DNA from: Escherichia coli
GTDB taxonomy: Bacteria; Pseudomonadota; Gammaproteobacteria; Enterobacterales; Enterobacteriaceae
Length of the DNA stretch: 63,428 nucleotides
Reading direction: 5' to 3' (one strand)
Assembly: GCF_024223415.1 (NCBI RefSeq)
Contig: NZ_CP100504.1
The notes under the pieces were generated by a model. That model searched no databases and had not been told where the DNA came from. It saw nothing but the letters and a program-made list of their open reading frames with translations. The position numbers and the translations under genes are program-made. How positions within the stretch are numbered: the stretch's first letter is position 1; every line of letters starts with the position of its first letter. Of the stretch, positions 50,786 to 61,711 are shown one piece after another.

Positions 50786-52777
50786 ATGAGTTTTAACGCA
50801 AAGGATATGACCCAGGGCGGTCAGATTGCGTCCATGCGTATCCGCATGTTCAGCCAGATCGCCAATATCATGCTTTACTGCCTGTTTATTTTTTTCTGGA
50901 TACTCGTTGGTCTGATTTTATGGGTAAAAATAAGCTGGCAGACGTTTGTGAACGGCTGTATTTACTGGTGGTGTACCACGCTGGAAGGCATGCGGGATTT
51001 AATCAAGTCCCAGCCAGTATATGAGATTCAGTATTACGGCAAAACCTTCCGGATGAACTCTGCCCAGGTACTGCATGATAAATATATGATCTGGTGCGGT
51101 GAGCAGCTATGGTCCGCATTCGTTCTGGCGTCTGTCGTGGCCCTGGTTATTTGCCTGATCACCTTCTTTGTTGTCTCCTGGATTCTGGGGCGTCAGGGTA
51201 AACAACAGAGCGAAAATGAAGTCACAGGTGGTCGTCAGCTGACAGACAATCCGAAAGACGTTGCCCGGATGCTGAAAAAAGACGGCAAGGACTCCGATAT
51301 CCGGATTGGCGACCTGCCGATTATCCGGGATTCCGAAATCCAGAACTTCTGTCTGCACGGCACGGTCGGGGCCGGTAAGTCGGAGGTTATCCGTCGTCTG
51401 GCCAACTACGCCCGTCAGCGCGGTGATATGGTGGTGATTTATGACCGTTCAGGGGAATTTGTTAAAAGTTACTATGATCCCTCCATCGATAAAATCCTGA
51501 ATCCGCTGGATGCCCGCTGTGCCGCATGGGATTTGTGGAAGGAGTGTCTGACACAGCCGGATTTTGATAATACCGCAAATACTCTGATCCCTATGGGTAC
51601 AAAAGAGGACCCGTTCTGGCAGGGTTCAGGACGTACCATTTTTGCGGAAGCGGCGTACCTGATGCGTAATGACCCCAACCGCAGCTACAGCAAACTGGTG
51701 GACACACTGCTTTCCATCAAAATCGAAAAACTGCGTACCTTCCTGCGTAATTCTCCGGCGGCCAACCTGGTGGAAGAGAAAATTGAGAAAACGGCGATTT
51801 CCATCCGTGCTGTGCTGACCAACTACGTGAAAGCCATCCGTTACCTGCAGGGGATTGAGCATAACGGTGAGCCCTTCACCATACGTGACTGGATGCGTGG
51901 TGTCCGGGAAGATCAGAAAAACGGCTGGCTGTTTATTTCGTCGAACGCCGACACCCATGCCTCCCTGAAGCCGGTGATCTCCATGTGGCTGTCCATTGCC
52001 ATTCGTGGTCTGCTGGCAATGGGAGAAAACCGTAACCGTCGTGTGTGGTTTTTCTGTGATGAGTTACCCACGTTACACAAACTGCCGGACCTGGTGGAGA
52101 TCCTGCCGGAAGCCCGTAAGTTCGGTGGCTGTTATGTGTTTGGTATCCAGTCCTATGCCCAGCTGGAAGATATCTACGGTGAGAAAGCGGCGGCCACGCT
52201 GTTTGACGTCATGAACACCCGTGCTTTTTTCCGTTCCCCGAGCCATAAGATTGCAGAGTTCGCTGCCGGTGAGATTGGTGAGAAAGAGCACCTGAAAGCC
52301 AGCGAGCAGTATTCCTACGGTGCTGACCCGGTACGTGACGGGGTATCGACCGGTAAGGATATGGAGCGTCAGACGCTGGTCAGTTATTCCGACATTCAGT
52401 CTCTGCCGGATCTGACCTGCTATGTCACTCTGCCCGGACCGTATCCGGCAGTAAAACTCTCCCTGAAATATCAGGCACGACCGAAGGTCGCTCCGGAGTT
52501 TATTCCGCGTGACATCAACCCGGAAATGGAGAACCGTCTGAGTGCCGTACTTGCCGCAAGGGAAGCAGAAGGTCGTCAGATGGCCAGCCTCTTTGAACCG
52601 GAGGTTGCCTCCGGAGAAGATGTGACTCAGGCTGAACAGCCACAACAGCCACAACAGCCACAACAGCCACAACAGCCACAACAGCCACAACAGCCGGTGT
52701 CTCCTGCCATCAACGATAAGAAGTCAGATTCAGGTGTGAATGTTCCGGCAGGGGGATCGAGCAGGAGCTGGAAATGA
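50786..52777 (+). CDS. traD: type IV coupling protein TraD
   Basis: 663 aa with N-terminal TM segments, Walker A GTVGAGKS and a C-terminal QPQ repeat tail. Confidence 0.95.
   Translation: MSFNAKDMTQGGQIASMRIRMFSQIANIMLYCLFIFFWILVGLILWVKISWQTFVNGCIYWWCTTLEGMRDLIKSQPVYEIQYYGKTFRMNSAQVLHDKYMIWCGEQLWSAFVLASVVALVICLITFFVVSWILGRQGKQQSENEVTGGRQLTDNPKDVARMLKKDGKDSDIRIGDLPIIRDSEIQNFCLHGTVGAGKSEVIRRLANYARQRGDMVVIYDRSGEFVKSYYDPSIDKILNPLDARCAAWDLWKECLTQPDFDNTANTLIPMGTKEDPFWQGSGRTIFAEAAYLMRNDPNRSYSKLVDTLLSIKIEKLRTFLRNSPAANLVEEKIEKTAISIRAVLTNYVKAIRYLQGIEHNGEPFTIRDWMRGVREDQKNGWLFISSNADTHASLKPVISMWLSIAIRGLLAMGENRNRRVWFFCDELPTLHKLPDLVEILPEARKFGGCYVFGIQSYAQLEDIYGEKAAATLFDVMNTRAFFRSPSHKIAEFAAGEIGEKEHLKASEQYSYGADPVRDGVSTGKDMERQTLVSYSDIQSLPDLTCYVTLPGPYPAVKLSLKYQARPKVAPEFIPRDINPEMENRLSAVLAAREAEGRQMASLFEPEVASGEDVTQAEQPQQPQQPQQPQQPQQPQQPVSPAINDKKSDSGVNVPAGGSSRSWK
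52637..52690. repeat. 9-bp tandem repeat (cagccacaa)n inside traD
   Basis: About six tandem units encoding the (QPQ)n tract in the TraD C-terminal tail. Confidence 0.9.
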
Positions 52778-52974
52778 AACCGGAAGAAGAGATGGAACAG
52801 CAACTGCCACCCGGGATCAGTGAATCCGGTGAAGTGGTGGATATGGCCGCTTATGAGGCATGGCAACAGGAAAATCATCCGGACATCCAGCAGCAGATGC
52901 AGCGTCGTGAAGAGGTGAACATTAATGTGCACCGGGAGCGTGGGGAGGATGTTGAGCCGGGAGATGATTTCTGA
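52774..52974 (+). CDS. small acidic hypothetical protein between traD and traI
   Basis: 66-aa ORF overlapping the traD stop and ending exactly at the traI start. Confidence 0.45.
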   Translation: MKPEEEMEQQLPPGISESGEVVDMAAYEAWQQENHPDIQQQMQRREEVNINVHRERGEDVEPGDDF

Positions 52975-55900
52975 TGATGAGTATCGCGCAGGTCAGATCG
53001 GCCGGAAGTGCCGGTAACTATTATACCGACAAGGATAATTACTATGTACTGGGCAGCATGGGAGAACGCTGGGCCGGCAGGGGGGCTGAACAGCTGGGAC
53101 TGCAGGGCAGTGTCGATAAGGATGTTTTTACCCGTCTTCTGGAGGGAAGGCTGCCGGACGGAGCGGATCTAAGCCGCATGCAGGATGGCAGTAATAAGCA
53201 TCGTCCCGGCTACGACCTGACCTTCTCCGCCCCCAAAAGTGTCTCCATGATGGCCATGCTCGGGGGGGACAAACGTCTTATTGAAGCACATAACCAGGCC
53301 GTGGACTTTGCTGTTCGTCAGGTGGAGGCGCTGGCCTCCACACGGGTGATGACGGACGGACAGTCAGAAACGGTACTGACCGGTAATCTGGTGATGGCAC
53401 TGTTTAACCACGACACCAGTCGCGATCAGGAACCACAGTTACATACGCATGCGGTGGTGGCTAATGTCACGCAGCATAACGGTGAGTGGAAGACACTGAG
53501 CAGTGACAAAGTGGGGAAAACGGGGTTCATTGAGAATGTGTACGCTAATCAGATTGCCTTTGGCAGGCTCTACCGGGAAAAACTGAAAGAGCAGGTTGAG
53601 GCGCTGGGCTATGAAACCGAAGTGGTGGGTAAGCACGGTATGTGGGAGATGCCGGGCGTACCGGTGGAGGCCTTTTCCGGACGCTCACAGACTATCCGGG
53701 AGGCCGTCGGGGAAGATGCCTCGCTGAAATCCCGGGATGTGGCGGCACTGGATACGCGAAAATCCAAACAGCACGTCGATCCTGAAGTCAGAATGGCTGA
53801 ATGGATGCAGACGCTGAAGGAAACCGGGTTCGACATCCGGGCATATCGTGACGCGGTGGATCAGCGTGCGGAGACCCGCACGCAGGCGCCCGGGGCTGTT
53901 TCACAGGAGGGGCCGGATGTGCAGCAGGCGGTGACACAGGCGATTGCCGGATTAAGTGAACGAAAAATGCAGTTTACGTACACGGACGTGCTGGCCAGAA
54001 CGGTCGGTATACTGCCGCCGGAAAATGGTGTGATTGAACGGGCACGCGCCGGTATCGATGAGGCCATCAGTCGTGAGCAGCTTATCCCCCTCGACCGTGA
54101 GAAGGGGCTGTTCACATCAGGAATTCATGTGCTCGATGAGCTGTCCGTCCGGGCACTCAGTCGTGACATCATGAAACAGAACCGGGTGACCGTACATCTG
54201 GAGAAAAGTGTCCCCCGGACGGCTGGTTACAGCGATGCGGTCAGTGTTCTGGCACAGGACCGTCCGTCGCTGGCCATTGTGTCCGGGCAGGGCGGTGCAG
54301 CCGGGCAGCGTGAGCGGGTGGCTGAACTGGTCATGATGGCCCGGGAGCAGGGGCGGGAGGTGCAGATTATCGCCGCTGACCGTCGCTCGCAGATGAACCT
54401 GAAGCAGGATGAACGGCTGTCCGGTGAGCTGATAACCGGACGTCGTCAGCTGCAGGAGGGCATGGCCTTCACGCCGGGCAGTACTGTTATCGTCGACCAG
54501 GGCGAAAAACTCTCCCTGAAAGAGACGTTAACCCTGCTGGACGGTGCCGCACGTCATAACGTACAGGTCCTGATAACCGACAGCGGGCAGCGAACCGGTA
54601 CAGGCAGTGCACTGATGGCCATGAAGGATGCCGGGGTGAACACGTATCGCTGGCAGGGCGGAGAACAGCGACCGGCCACCATCATCAGTGAACCGGACCG
54701 GAATGTCCGCTATGACCGGCTGGCCGGAGATTTTGCGGCCAGCGTGAAAGCCGGAGAAGAGAGCGTGGCACAGGTCAGCGGGGTACGGGAACAGGCCATA
54801 CTGACACAGGCCATTCGCAGTGAGCTGAAAACACAGGGCGTGCTCGGACACCCGGAGGTGACCATGACGGCACTGTCACCGGTCTGGCTGGACAGCCGGA
54901 GCCGTTATCTGCGGGATATGTACCGACCGGGGATGGTGATGGAGCAGTGGAACCCGGAGACACGCAGTCATGACCGCTATGTTATCGACCGGGTGACGGC
55001 GCAGAGTCACAGCCTGACCCTGCGGGATGCGCAGGGCGAAACGCAGGTGGTGCGTATTTCCTCCCTGGACAGCAGCTGGTCGCTGTTCCGGCCGGAAAAA
55101 ATGCCGGTGGCAGACGGCGAGCGACTGAGGGTGACAGGGAAAATTCCCGGACTCCGCGTCTCCGGCGGTGACCGCCTGCAGGTGGCATCCGTCAGTGAAG
55201 ATGCGATGACGGTTGTTGTGCCGGGGCGGGCTGAACCGGCCACCCTGCCTGTGGCTGATTCACCGTTCACGGCACTGAAGCTGGAGAACGGCTGGGTGGA
55301 AACGCCCGGGCATTCCGTCAGCGACAGTGCGAAGGTTTTTGCCTCCGTCACACAGATGGCAATGGACAACGCCACCCTGAACGGTCTGGCCCGCAGTGGT
55401 CGTGATGTCCGGCTGTATTCTTCACTGGATGAAACCCGTACTGCGGAAAAACTTGCCCGCCATCCCTCCTTTACGGTGGTTTCTGAGCAGATAAAGGCGC
55501 GTGCCGGTGAGACATTGCTGGAAACCGCTATCAGTCTGCAGAAAGCCGGGCTTCACACGCCGGCACAGCAGGCTATTCATCTGGCCCTTCCTGTGCTGGA
55601 AAGTAAAAACCTGGCCTTCAGCATGGTGGACCTGCTGACAGAGGCGAAGTCGTTTGCTGCAGAAGGAACCAGTTTTACTGAACTGGGAGGGGAAATCAAT
55701 GCGCAGATAAAACGCGGTGATTTACTGTATGTGGATGTGGCAAAAGGCTATGGCACAGGCCTGCTGGTTTCCCGTGCGTCGTATGAGGCAGAAAAGAGCA
55801 TTCTTCGCCATATTCTCGAAGGTAAGGAGGCGGTCACGCCGCTGATGGAGAGAGTACCTGGCGAACTCATGGAGAAACTGACATCAGGACAGCGTGCCGC

Positions 55901-58244
55901 CACCCGCATGATACTGGAAACGTCCGACCGTTTCACGGTGGTGCAGGGCTATGCCGGTGTGGGTAAGACCACACAGTTCCGGGCGGTGATGTCAGCCGTG
56001 AACATGCTGCCGGAGAGTGAGCGTCCCCGTGTCGTTGGGCTGGGTCCCACGCACCGCGCGGTCGGGGAGATGCGCAGCGCCGGCGTGGATGCACAGACAC
56101 TGGCGTCCTTTCTGCATGACACGCAGCTGCAGCAGCGCAGCGGAGAAACGCCGGATTTCAGCAACACGCTGTTCCTGCTCGATGAGAGCTCAATGGTGGG
56201 CAATACCGACATGGCACGGGCATACGCCCTGATTGCGGCCGGTGGCGGTCGTGCTGTGGCCAGCGGTGACACGGACCAGCTGCAGGCCATCGCGCCCGGT
56301 CAGCCTTTCCGTCTCCAGCAGACGCGCAGTGCTGCCGATGTGGTCATCATGAAGGAGATTGTGCGTCAGACGCCGGAACTGCGGGAGGCGGTATACAGCC
56401 TGATTAACCGGGATGTGGAAAGGGCACTGTCCGGGCTTGAGAGTGTGAAACCGTCTCAGGTTCCCCGTCAGGAGGGCGCATGGGCACCGGAGCACTCCGT
56501 GACGGAGTTCAGTCACAGCCAGGAAGCGAAACTGGCAGAAGCGCAGCAGAAGGCGATGCTGAAAGGCGAGGCTTTCCCGGATATCCCCATGACACTGTAT
56601 GAAGCCATTGTCCGCGACTATACCGGCAGGACACCGGAAGCACGGGAGCAGACGCTGATTGTCACACACCTGAATGAGGACCGGCGCGTACTGAACAGCA
56701 TGATTCATGATGCACGGGAAAAGGCCGGTGAGCTGGGCAAAGAGCAGGTCATGGTGCCTGTCCTGAACACAGCGAATATACGTGACGGAGAACTGCGTCG
56801 TCTCTCCACCTGGGAGAATAACCCGGATGCCCTTGCCCTGGTGGATAGTGTGTATCACCGGATTGCCGGTATCAGCAAGGATGACGGGCTGATAACCCTG
56901 GAGGATGCGGAAGGTAACACGCGGCTGATTTCGCCCCGGGAGGCGGTGGCTGAAGGCGTCACACTGTACACCCCGGACACCATCCGGGTGGGAACCGGTG
57001 ACCGGATGCGCTTCACGAAGAGTGACCGGGAGCGCGGTTATGTGGCCAACAGCGTCTGGACGGTGACAGCGGTTTCCGGTGACAGTGTCACGCTGTCGGA
57101 CGGACAGCAGACCCGGGTGATTCGCCCCGGTCAGGAGCGGGCAGAGCAACATATTGACCTGGCTTATGCCATCACCGCCCACGGTGCGCAGGGGGCAAGT
57201 GAAACCTTTGCCATCGCGCTTGAAGGCACGGAAGGTAACCGGAAACTGATGGCAGGCTTTGAGTCAGCTTATGTAGCCCTGTCGCGTATGAAGCAGCATG
57301 TGCAGGTGTACACCGATAACCGTCAGGGCTGGACGGATGCCATCAACAATGCCGTACAGAAAGGAACTGCCCACGATGTGTTTGAACCGAAACCGGACCG
57401 GGAGGTCATGAATGCAGAGCGGCTGTTCAGTACGGCGCGGGAGCTGCGGGACGTGGCGGCAGGCCGTGCCGTTCTTCGTCAGGCGGGACTTGCCGGGGGA
57501 GACAGTCCTGCACGGTTTATTGCTCCGGGACGTAAATATCCGCAACCGTATGTGGCACTGCCGGCTTTTGACCGTAACGGCAGGTCCGCCGGTATCTGGC
57601 TGAACCCGCTGACCACGGATGACGGAAACGGGCTGCGGGGATTCAGCGGTGAAGGCCGGGTGAAAGGCAGCGGGGATGCACAGTTTGTGGCCCTGCAGGG
57701 CAGCCGTAACGGAGAGAGCCTGCTGGCTGATAATATGCAGGATGGTGTCCGGATTGCCCGTGATAATCCTGACAGCGGTGTGGTGGTGAGAATCGCCGGT
57801 GAAGGCCGTCCGTGGAATCCCGGTGCCATCACCGGTGGTCGCGTGTGGGGGGATATCCCGGACAACAGCGTCCAGCCGGGGGCCGGAAATGGTGAACCGG
57901 TTACAGCTGAAGTGCTGGCACAGCGGCAGGCTGAAGAGGCCATCCGCCGTGAAACGGAACGTCGCGCAGATGAAATTGTCCGTAAAATGGCAGAGAACAA
58001 ACCTGACCTGCCGGATGGCAGAACAGAGCAGGCTGTCAGGGAGATTGCCGGGCAGGAGCGTGACCGGGCTGCCATAACTGAACGGGAAGCCGCGCTGCCG
58101 GAGAGTGTGCTGCGTGAATCACAACGGGAGCGGGAAGCGGTCCGGGAGGTTGCCCGGGAAAATCTGCTGCAGGAGCGTCTGCAGCAGATGGAGCGGGATA
58201 TGGTCCGTGACCTGCAGAAAGAGAAAACCCTGGGCGGAGACTGA
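52974..58244 (+). CDS. traI: relaxase/helicase TraI
   Basis: 1756 aa starting [27 protein letters not shown] (relaxase domain) followed by helicase motifs. Confidence 0.95.
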   Translation: MMSIAQVRSAGSAGNYYTDKDNYYVLGSMGERWAGRGAEQLGLQGSVDKDVFTRLLEGRLPDGADLSRMQDGSNKHRPGYDLTFSAPKSVSMMAMLGGDKRLIEAHNQAVDFAVRQVEALASTRVMTDGQSETVLTGNLVMALFNHDTSRDQEPQLHTHAVVANVTQHNGEWKTLSSDKVGKTGFIENVYANQIAFGRLYREKLKEQVEALGYETEVVGKHGMWEMPGVPVEAFSGRSQTIREAVGEDASLKSRDVAALDTRKSKQHVDPEVRMAEWMQTLKETGFDIRAYRDAVDQRAETRTQAPGAVSQEGPDVQQAVTQAIAGLSERKMQFTYTDVLARTVGILPPENGVIERARAGIDEAISREQLIPLDREKGLFTSGIHVLDELSVRALSRDIMKQNRVTVHLEKSVPRTAGYSDAVSVLAQDRPSLAIVSGQGGAAGQRERVAELVMMAREQGREVQIIAADRRSQMNLKQDERLSGELITGRRQLQEGMAFTPGSTVIVDQGEKLSLKETLTLLDGAARHNVQVLITDSGQRTGTGSALMAMKDAGVNTYRWQGGEQRPATIISEPDRNVRYDRLAGDFAASVKAGEESVAQVSGVREQAILTQAIRSELKTQGVLGHPEVTMTALSPVWLDSRSRYLRDMYRPGMVMEQWNPETRSHDRYVIDRVTAQSHSLTLRDAQGETQVVRISSLDSSWSLFRPEKMPVADGERLRVTGKIPGLRVSGGDRLQVASVSEDAMTVVVPGRAEPATLPVADSPFTALKLENGWVETPGHSVSDSAKVFASVTQMAMDNATLNGLARSGRDVRLYSSLDETRTAEKLARHPSFTVVSEQIKARAGETLLETAISLQKAGLHTPAQQAIHLALPVLESKNLAFSMVDLLTEAKSFAAEGTSFTELGGEINAQIKRGDLLYVDVAKGYGTGLLVSRASYEAEKSILRHILEGKEAVTPLMERVPGELMEKLTSGQRAATRMILETSDRFTVVQGYAGVGKTTQFRAVMSAVNMLPESERPRVVGLGPTHRAVGEMRSAGVDAQTLASFLHDTQLQQRSGETPDFSNTLFLLDESSMVGNTDMARAYALIAAGGGRAVASGDTDQLQAIAPGQPFRLQQTRSAADVVIMKEIVRQTPELREAVYSLINRDVERALSGLESVKPSQVPRQEGAWAPEHSVTEFSHSQEAKLAEAQQKAMLKGEAFPDIPMTLYEAIVRDYTGRTPEAREQTLIVTHLNEDRRVLNSMIHDAREKAGELGKEQVMVPVLNTANIRDGELRRLSTWENNPDALALVDSVYHRIAGISKDDGLITLEDAEGNTRLISPREAVAEGVTLYTPDTIRVGTGDRMRFTKSDRERGYVANSVWTVTAVSGDSVTLSDGQQTRVIRPGQERAEQHIDLAYAITAHGAQGASETFAIALEGTEGNRKLMAGFESAYVALSRMKQHVQVYTDNRQGWTDAINNAVQKGTAHDVFEPKPDREVMNAERLFSTARELRDVAAGRAVLRQAGLAGGDSPARFIAPGRKYPQPYVALPAFDRNGRSAGIWLNPLTTDDGNGLRGFSGEGRVKGSGDAQFVALQGSRNGESLLADNMQDGVRIARDNPDSGVVVRIAGEGRPWNPGAITGGRVWGDIPDNSVQPGAGNGEPVTAEVLAQRQAEEAIRRETERRADEIVRKMAENKPDLPDGRTEQAVREIAGQERDRAAITEREAALPESVLRESQREREAVREVARENLLQERLQQMERDMVRDLQKEKTLGGD

Positions 58245-58263
58245 TACAGGAAGACAAACACTG

Positions 58264-59010
58264 ATGACAACGGATAACACGAATACGACACGTAACGATT
58301 CACTGGCTGCACGGACCGATACCTGGTTGCAGTCGTTTCTGGTCTGGTCACCCGGACAGCGGGATATCATCAAAACGGTGGCACTGGTGCTGATGGTACT
58401 GGACCACATCAATCTGATATTCCAGCTGAAGCAGGAATGGATGTTTCTGGCCGGGCGAGGAGCCTTTCCGCTGTTTGCCCTGGTGTGGGGGCTGAATCTG
58501 TCCCGTCATGCGCATATCCGGCAACCGGCCATTAACCGGCTGTGGGGATGGGGAATTATTGCCCAGTTCGCATATTATCTGGCCGGCTTTCCCTGGTATG
58601 AGGGGAATATCCTGTTTGCCTTTGCAGTGGCGGCACAGGTGCTGACGTGGTGTGAAACGCGCAGTGGGTGGCGTACGGCAGCGGCCATTCTTCTGATGGC
58701 CCTGTGGGGGCCCTTGTCCGGCACCAGTTACGGCATTGCCGGGCTGCTGATGCTGGCAGTCAGCCACCGGCTGTACCGGGCGGAAGACAGAGCGGAACGT
58801 CTGGCGCTGGTCGCCTGCCTGCTGGCTGTTATTCCGGCGCTTAACCTTGCCACCAGTGATGCAGCGGCGGTGGCCGGTCTTGTGATGACGGTGCTGACCG
58901 TTGGTCTGGTGTCGTGTGCAGGAAAATCATTACCCCGTTTCTGGCCCGGGGATTTTTTCCCGGTATTCTACGCCTGTCATCTGGCTGTGCTGGGCGTTCT
59001 GGCGCCGTGA
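58264..59010 (+). CDS. traX: pilin N-acetylase TraX
   Basis: 248-aa polytopic membrane protein from MTTDNTNTTRN; last tra gene before finO. Confidence 0.85.
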   Translation: MTTDNTNTTRNDSLAARTDTWLQSFLVWSPGQRDIIKTVALVLMVLDHINLIFQLKQEWMFLAGRGAFPLFALVWGLNLSRHAHIRQPAINRLWGWGIIAQFAYYLAGFPWYEGNILFAFAVAAQVLTWCETRSGWRTAAAILLMALWGPLSGTSYGIAGLLMLAVSHRLYRAEDRAERLALVACLLAVIPALNLATSDAAAVAGLVMTVLTVGLVSCAGKSLPRFWPGDFFPVFYACHLAVLGVLAP

Positions 59011-59064
59011 CGGGTGTGGTATCTTTGACCGTAACAGGATGATTCGTCAGAGGCAGAACACAGC

Positions 59065-59625
59065 ATGACAGAGCAGAAGCGACCGGTACTGACACTGAAG
59101 CGGAAAACGGAAGGGGAGACGCCTGTCCGCAGCCGGAAAACCATCATCAATGTCACCACGCCACCAAAGTGGAAGGTGAAAAAGCAGAAGCTGGCCGAGA
59201 AAGCAGCCCGGGAAGCAGAGCTGGCGGCAAAAAAAGCGCAGGCCAGACAGGCACTGTCCATTTATCTGAACCTGCCCACGCTGGATGAGGCCGTGAATAC
59301 CCTGAAACCCTGGTGGCCGGGATTGTTTGACGGTGACACGCCCCGGCTTCTGGCCTGCGGTATCCGGGACGTGTTACTGGAAGACGTGGCGCAGCGGAAT
59401 ATCCCGCTCTCGCATAAAAAACTGCGCAGGGCGCTGAAGGCCATCACCCGTTCAGAAAGCTATCTGTGTGCCATGAAAGCCGGTGCCTGCCGGTATGACA
59501 CGGAAGGGTATGTGACGGAGCATATTTCTCAGGAGGAGGAAGCGTATGCGGCAGCGCGTCTGGATAAAATCCGCCGCCAGAACCGGATAAAGGCAGAACT
59601 TCAGGCCGTGCTTGATGAGAAATAA
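59065..59625 (+). CDS. finO: fertility inhibition protein FinO (intact)
   Basis: 186 aa starting [14 protein letters not shown]...; matches FinO; uninterrupted. Confidence 0.9.
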   Translation: MTEQKRPVLTLKRKTEGETPVRSRKTIINVTTPPKWKVKKQKLAEKAAREAELAAKKAQARQALSIYLNLPTLDEAVNTLKPWWPGLFDGDTPRLLACGIRDVLLEDVAQRNIPLSHKKLRRALKAITRSESYLCAMKAGACRYDTEGYVTEHISQEEEAYAAARLDKIRRQNRIKAELQAVLDEK

Positions 59626-59755
59626 AAAAGCCTCCGTCAGAGAGAGGAGGCAGGGAAATAAGGCTTAAAGGAAATAACTTCCGTACCCAAAAGGAAATCG
59701 GTCCACTGAATTATTTAACACCATAATGCTGACGGGTTAAAGAGGAGTGATAAAG

Positions 59756-59968
59756 ATGAATGGATTCAGAAACAGTTCACGGAACGGTCAGGTCTGGCGC
59801 TGGCAGCGTGCCGGAAGCCGGGCCGTTATTCTGGAGGTCAGTGGACGCTGGATGGAAGCGGCAGAAGCATGGCGACGGGCTGCCGGTGTTGCACCCCGGA
59901 CAGACTGGCAGCAGTTTGCCCGAAAAAGGGCTGAACAATGCCACCGACGCTGCCGGGGAAGGGTGTAA
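59756..59968 (+). CDS. small Arg/Trp-rich hypothetical protein
   Basis: 70-aa ORF with strong RBS agaggag 8 nt upstream. Confidence 0.45.
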   Translation: MNGFRNSSRNGQVWRWQRAGSRAVILEVSGRWMEAAEAWRRAAGVAPRTDWQQFARKRAEQCHRRCRGRV

Positions 59969-60212
59969 CGAAAAAGCAGCCTTCATTACTCCAGGGATTC
60001 AGAAGGCTGAATAATGCATGAGATTTGCTTTTTTTAATATCCGGTCGGGCAGTATGACCGGACAGTTCTGAGTAGCACAGAGTTTTTTCCGTATTAAGTC
60101 GTGATTTTATATTTTGTGATTAATTTCGCAAAATAAGGTGTTATTCAGTGTGTGCTGCGATATTCAGGATTACCTGAAATACAGGTGCCATTTATCTGAT
60201 ATGGAGAATAAT

Positions 60213-60674
60213 ATGAGGAAATATATTCCACTGGTATTATTTATCTTTTCATGGCCGGTATTGTGTGCAGATATTCATGGACGGGTTGTTCGTGTACTGG
60301 ACGGTGATACCATCGAGGTCATGGACTCACGGAAGGCAGTGCGGATCAGGCTGGTAAATATTGATGCACCGGAAAAGAAACAGGATTATGGCCGGTGGTC
60401 AACGGACATGATGAAATCACTGGTTGCAGGAAAAACGGTTACCGTCACATATTTTCAGCGAGATCGTTATGGTCGTATTCTCGGGCAGGTTTATGCACCA
60501 GACGGAATGAATGTTAATCAGTTTATGGTCCGGGCCGGGGCTGCCTGGGTATATGAGCAGTACAACACAGATCCCGTGCTGCCTGTCCTTCAGAACGAAG
60601 CCAGACAACAAAAACGTGGGCTCTGGTCAGATGCTGATCCGGTTCCCCCCTGGATATGGAGACACCGTAAATAA
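60213..60674 (+). CDS. nuc: secreted thermonuclease (staphylococcal nuclease homologue)
   Basis: 153 aa from MRKYIPLVLFIFSWPVLCA (signal peptide); SNase-like motifs (VLDGDTIEV, RLVNIDAPE); RBS ggaga. Confidence 0.75.
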   Translation: MRKYIPLVLFIFSWPVLCADIHGRVVRVLDGDTIEVMDSRKAVRIRLVNIDAPEKKQDYGRWSTDMMKSLVAGKTVTVTYFQRDRYGRILGQVYAPDGMNVNQFMVRAGAAWVYEQYNTDPVLPVLQNEARQQKRGLWSDADPVPPWIWRHRK

Positions 60675-60719
60675 AGCGATGGCAATCTTATCATTCATCT
60701 GTTCTCAGCGGGAATAAAA

Positions 60720-60929
60720 ATGGCGAAAACAAAACAGGAATGGCTGTATCAGTTACGGCGATGTTCATCAGTCAATACGCTGGAAAAAATTATTCATAAA
60801 AACAGAGACAGTTTATTAAACAGTGAACGTGAATCATTTAATTCAGCAGCAGACCACCGGTTAGCGGAATTAATCACCGGAAAGTTATATGACAGGATAC
60901 CAAAAGAGATATGGAAATATGTAAGGTAA
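60720..60929 (+). CDS. small hypothetical protein
   Basis: 69-aa ORF 37 bp upstream of the DUF2726-like gene. Confidence 0.4.
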   Translation: MAKTKQEWLYQLRRCSSVNTLEKIIHKNRDSLLNSERESFNSAADHRLAELITGKLYDRIPKEIWKYVR

Positions 60930-60966
60930 TAATTCAACATAATTAATTTCCAGGAACAGATAAATA

Positions 60967-61557
60967 ATGAAGTTGATTATTTTTATTCTCATTGTTCTGA
61001 TTATTGCAGCGTTACTTATCCGGATTATCCTCAGAAGTGTAAATCAGCATTCTCCTTTGCTGATGCAGTTACATGCGGCAGGTATACGGACCGGTGATGC
61101 AGAGCGAATACTGTCCGGCGGTGAATACTGGCAACGTCAGAAGACGCTGCTGACAGAAAGGGAAGTCAGTTTTATGAAAGGACTGTTCAGAATTGTGGAT
61201 ATGAAGCGGTGGTATCTGTGTCCGCAGGTACGGGTCGCGGATATCGTCCAGCTGAACGGGAATATCCGGCCACGATCACGCCAGTGGTGGCAGTTATTCA
61301 GGATGGTGTCTCAGTGGCATGTTGATGTGGTTATCGTTGAGCGGCGTTCGTTCAGTATTGTTGCAGCAGTAGAGCTGGATGATGCCAGCCATTTACGACC
61401 GGAACGCAGACGCCGGGATATTCTTCTGGAAGAGGTTCTGAGGCAGGCTGGTATTCCGTTGCTCAGAAGCCACGATGCCAGAAAACTGCTGCAGATGACC
61501 GGAGAATGGCTGAATACAACAGGGGCTGATCAGCAGTCCCCGGAACATCGTAGCTGA
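60967..61557 (+). CDS. membrane-anchored DUF2726-like protein (predicted nuclease-related fold)
   Basis: 196 aa with an N-terminal TM helix (MKLIIFILIVLIIAALLIRIIL) and acidic and basic residues spaced like a PD-(D/E)xK-type motif (HVDVVIVERR...VELDD); family call from memory. Confidence 0.55.
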   Translation: MKLIIFILIVLIIAALLIRIILRSVNQHSPLLMQLHAAGIRTGDAERILSGGEYWQRQKTLLTEREVSFMKGLFRIVDMKRWYLCPQVRVADIVQLNGNIRPRSRQWWQLFRMVSQWHVDVVIVERRSFSIVAAVELDDASHLRPERRRRDILLEEVLRQAGIPLLRSHDARKLLQMTGEWLNTTGADQQSPEHRS

Positions 61558-61640
61558 CGCCTTCGCGTTGCTCAGTTGTCCAACCCCGGAAACGGGAAAA
61601 AGCAAGTTTTCCCCGCTCCCGGCGTTTCCGTAATAAAAAA
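61554..61640. repeat. ~80-bp conserved intergenic motif, copy B
   Basis: ctgacgccttcgcgttgctcagttgtccaaccccgg ... ctcccggcgtttccgtaataaaaaacgggaaatgg; begins at the DUF2726-like stop codon. Confidence 0.8.
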
Positions 61641-61711
61641 CGGGAAATGGTGGTCACAGAATAAATTCCGGAACTACCTGTACCCAAACTTTATATAATA
61701 AAGGTGAATAT

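Noticed and set aside
52637-52690. Tandem repeats as a possible CRISPR array
   Set aside because: The units are contiguous 9-bp (and, at 15797, 6-bp) repeats without spacers, and one lies inside traD coding sequence; there are no cas genes.
56190-58351. Antisense ORFs of 290-330 aa inside traI (56190-57182, 57479-58351)
   Set aside because: They fully overlap the relaxase/helicase gene on the opposite strand with low-complexity Arg/Ser/Pro-rich translations, typical of GC-rich antisense artefacts.
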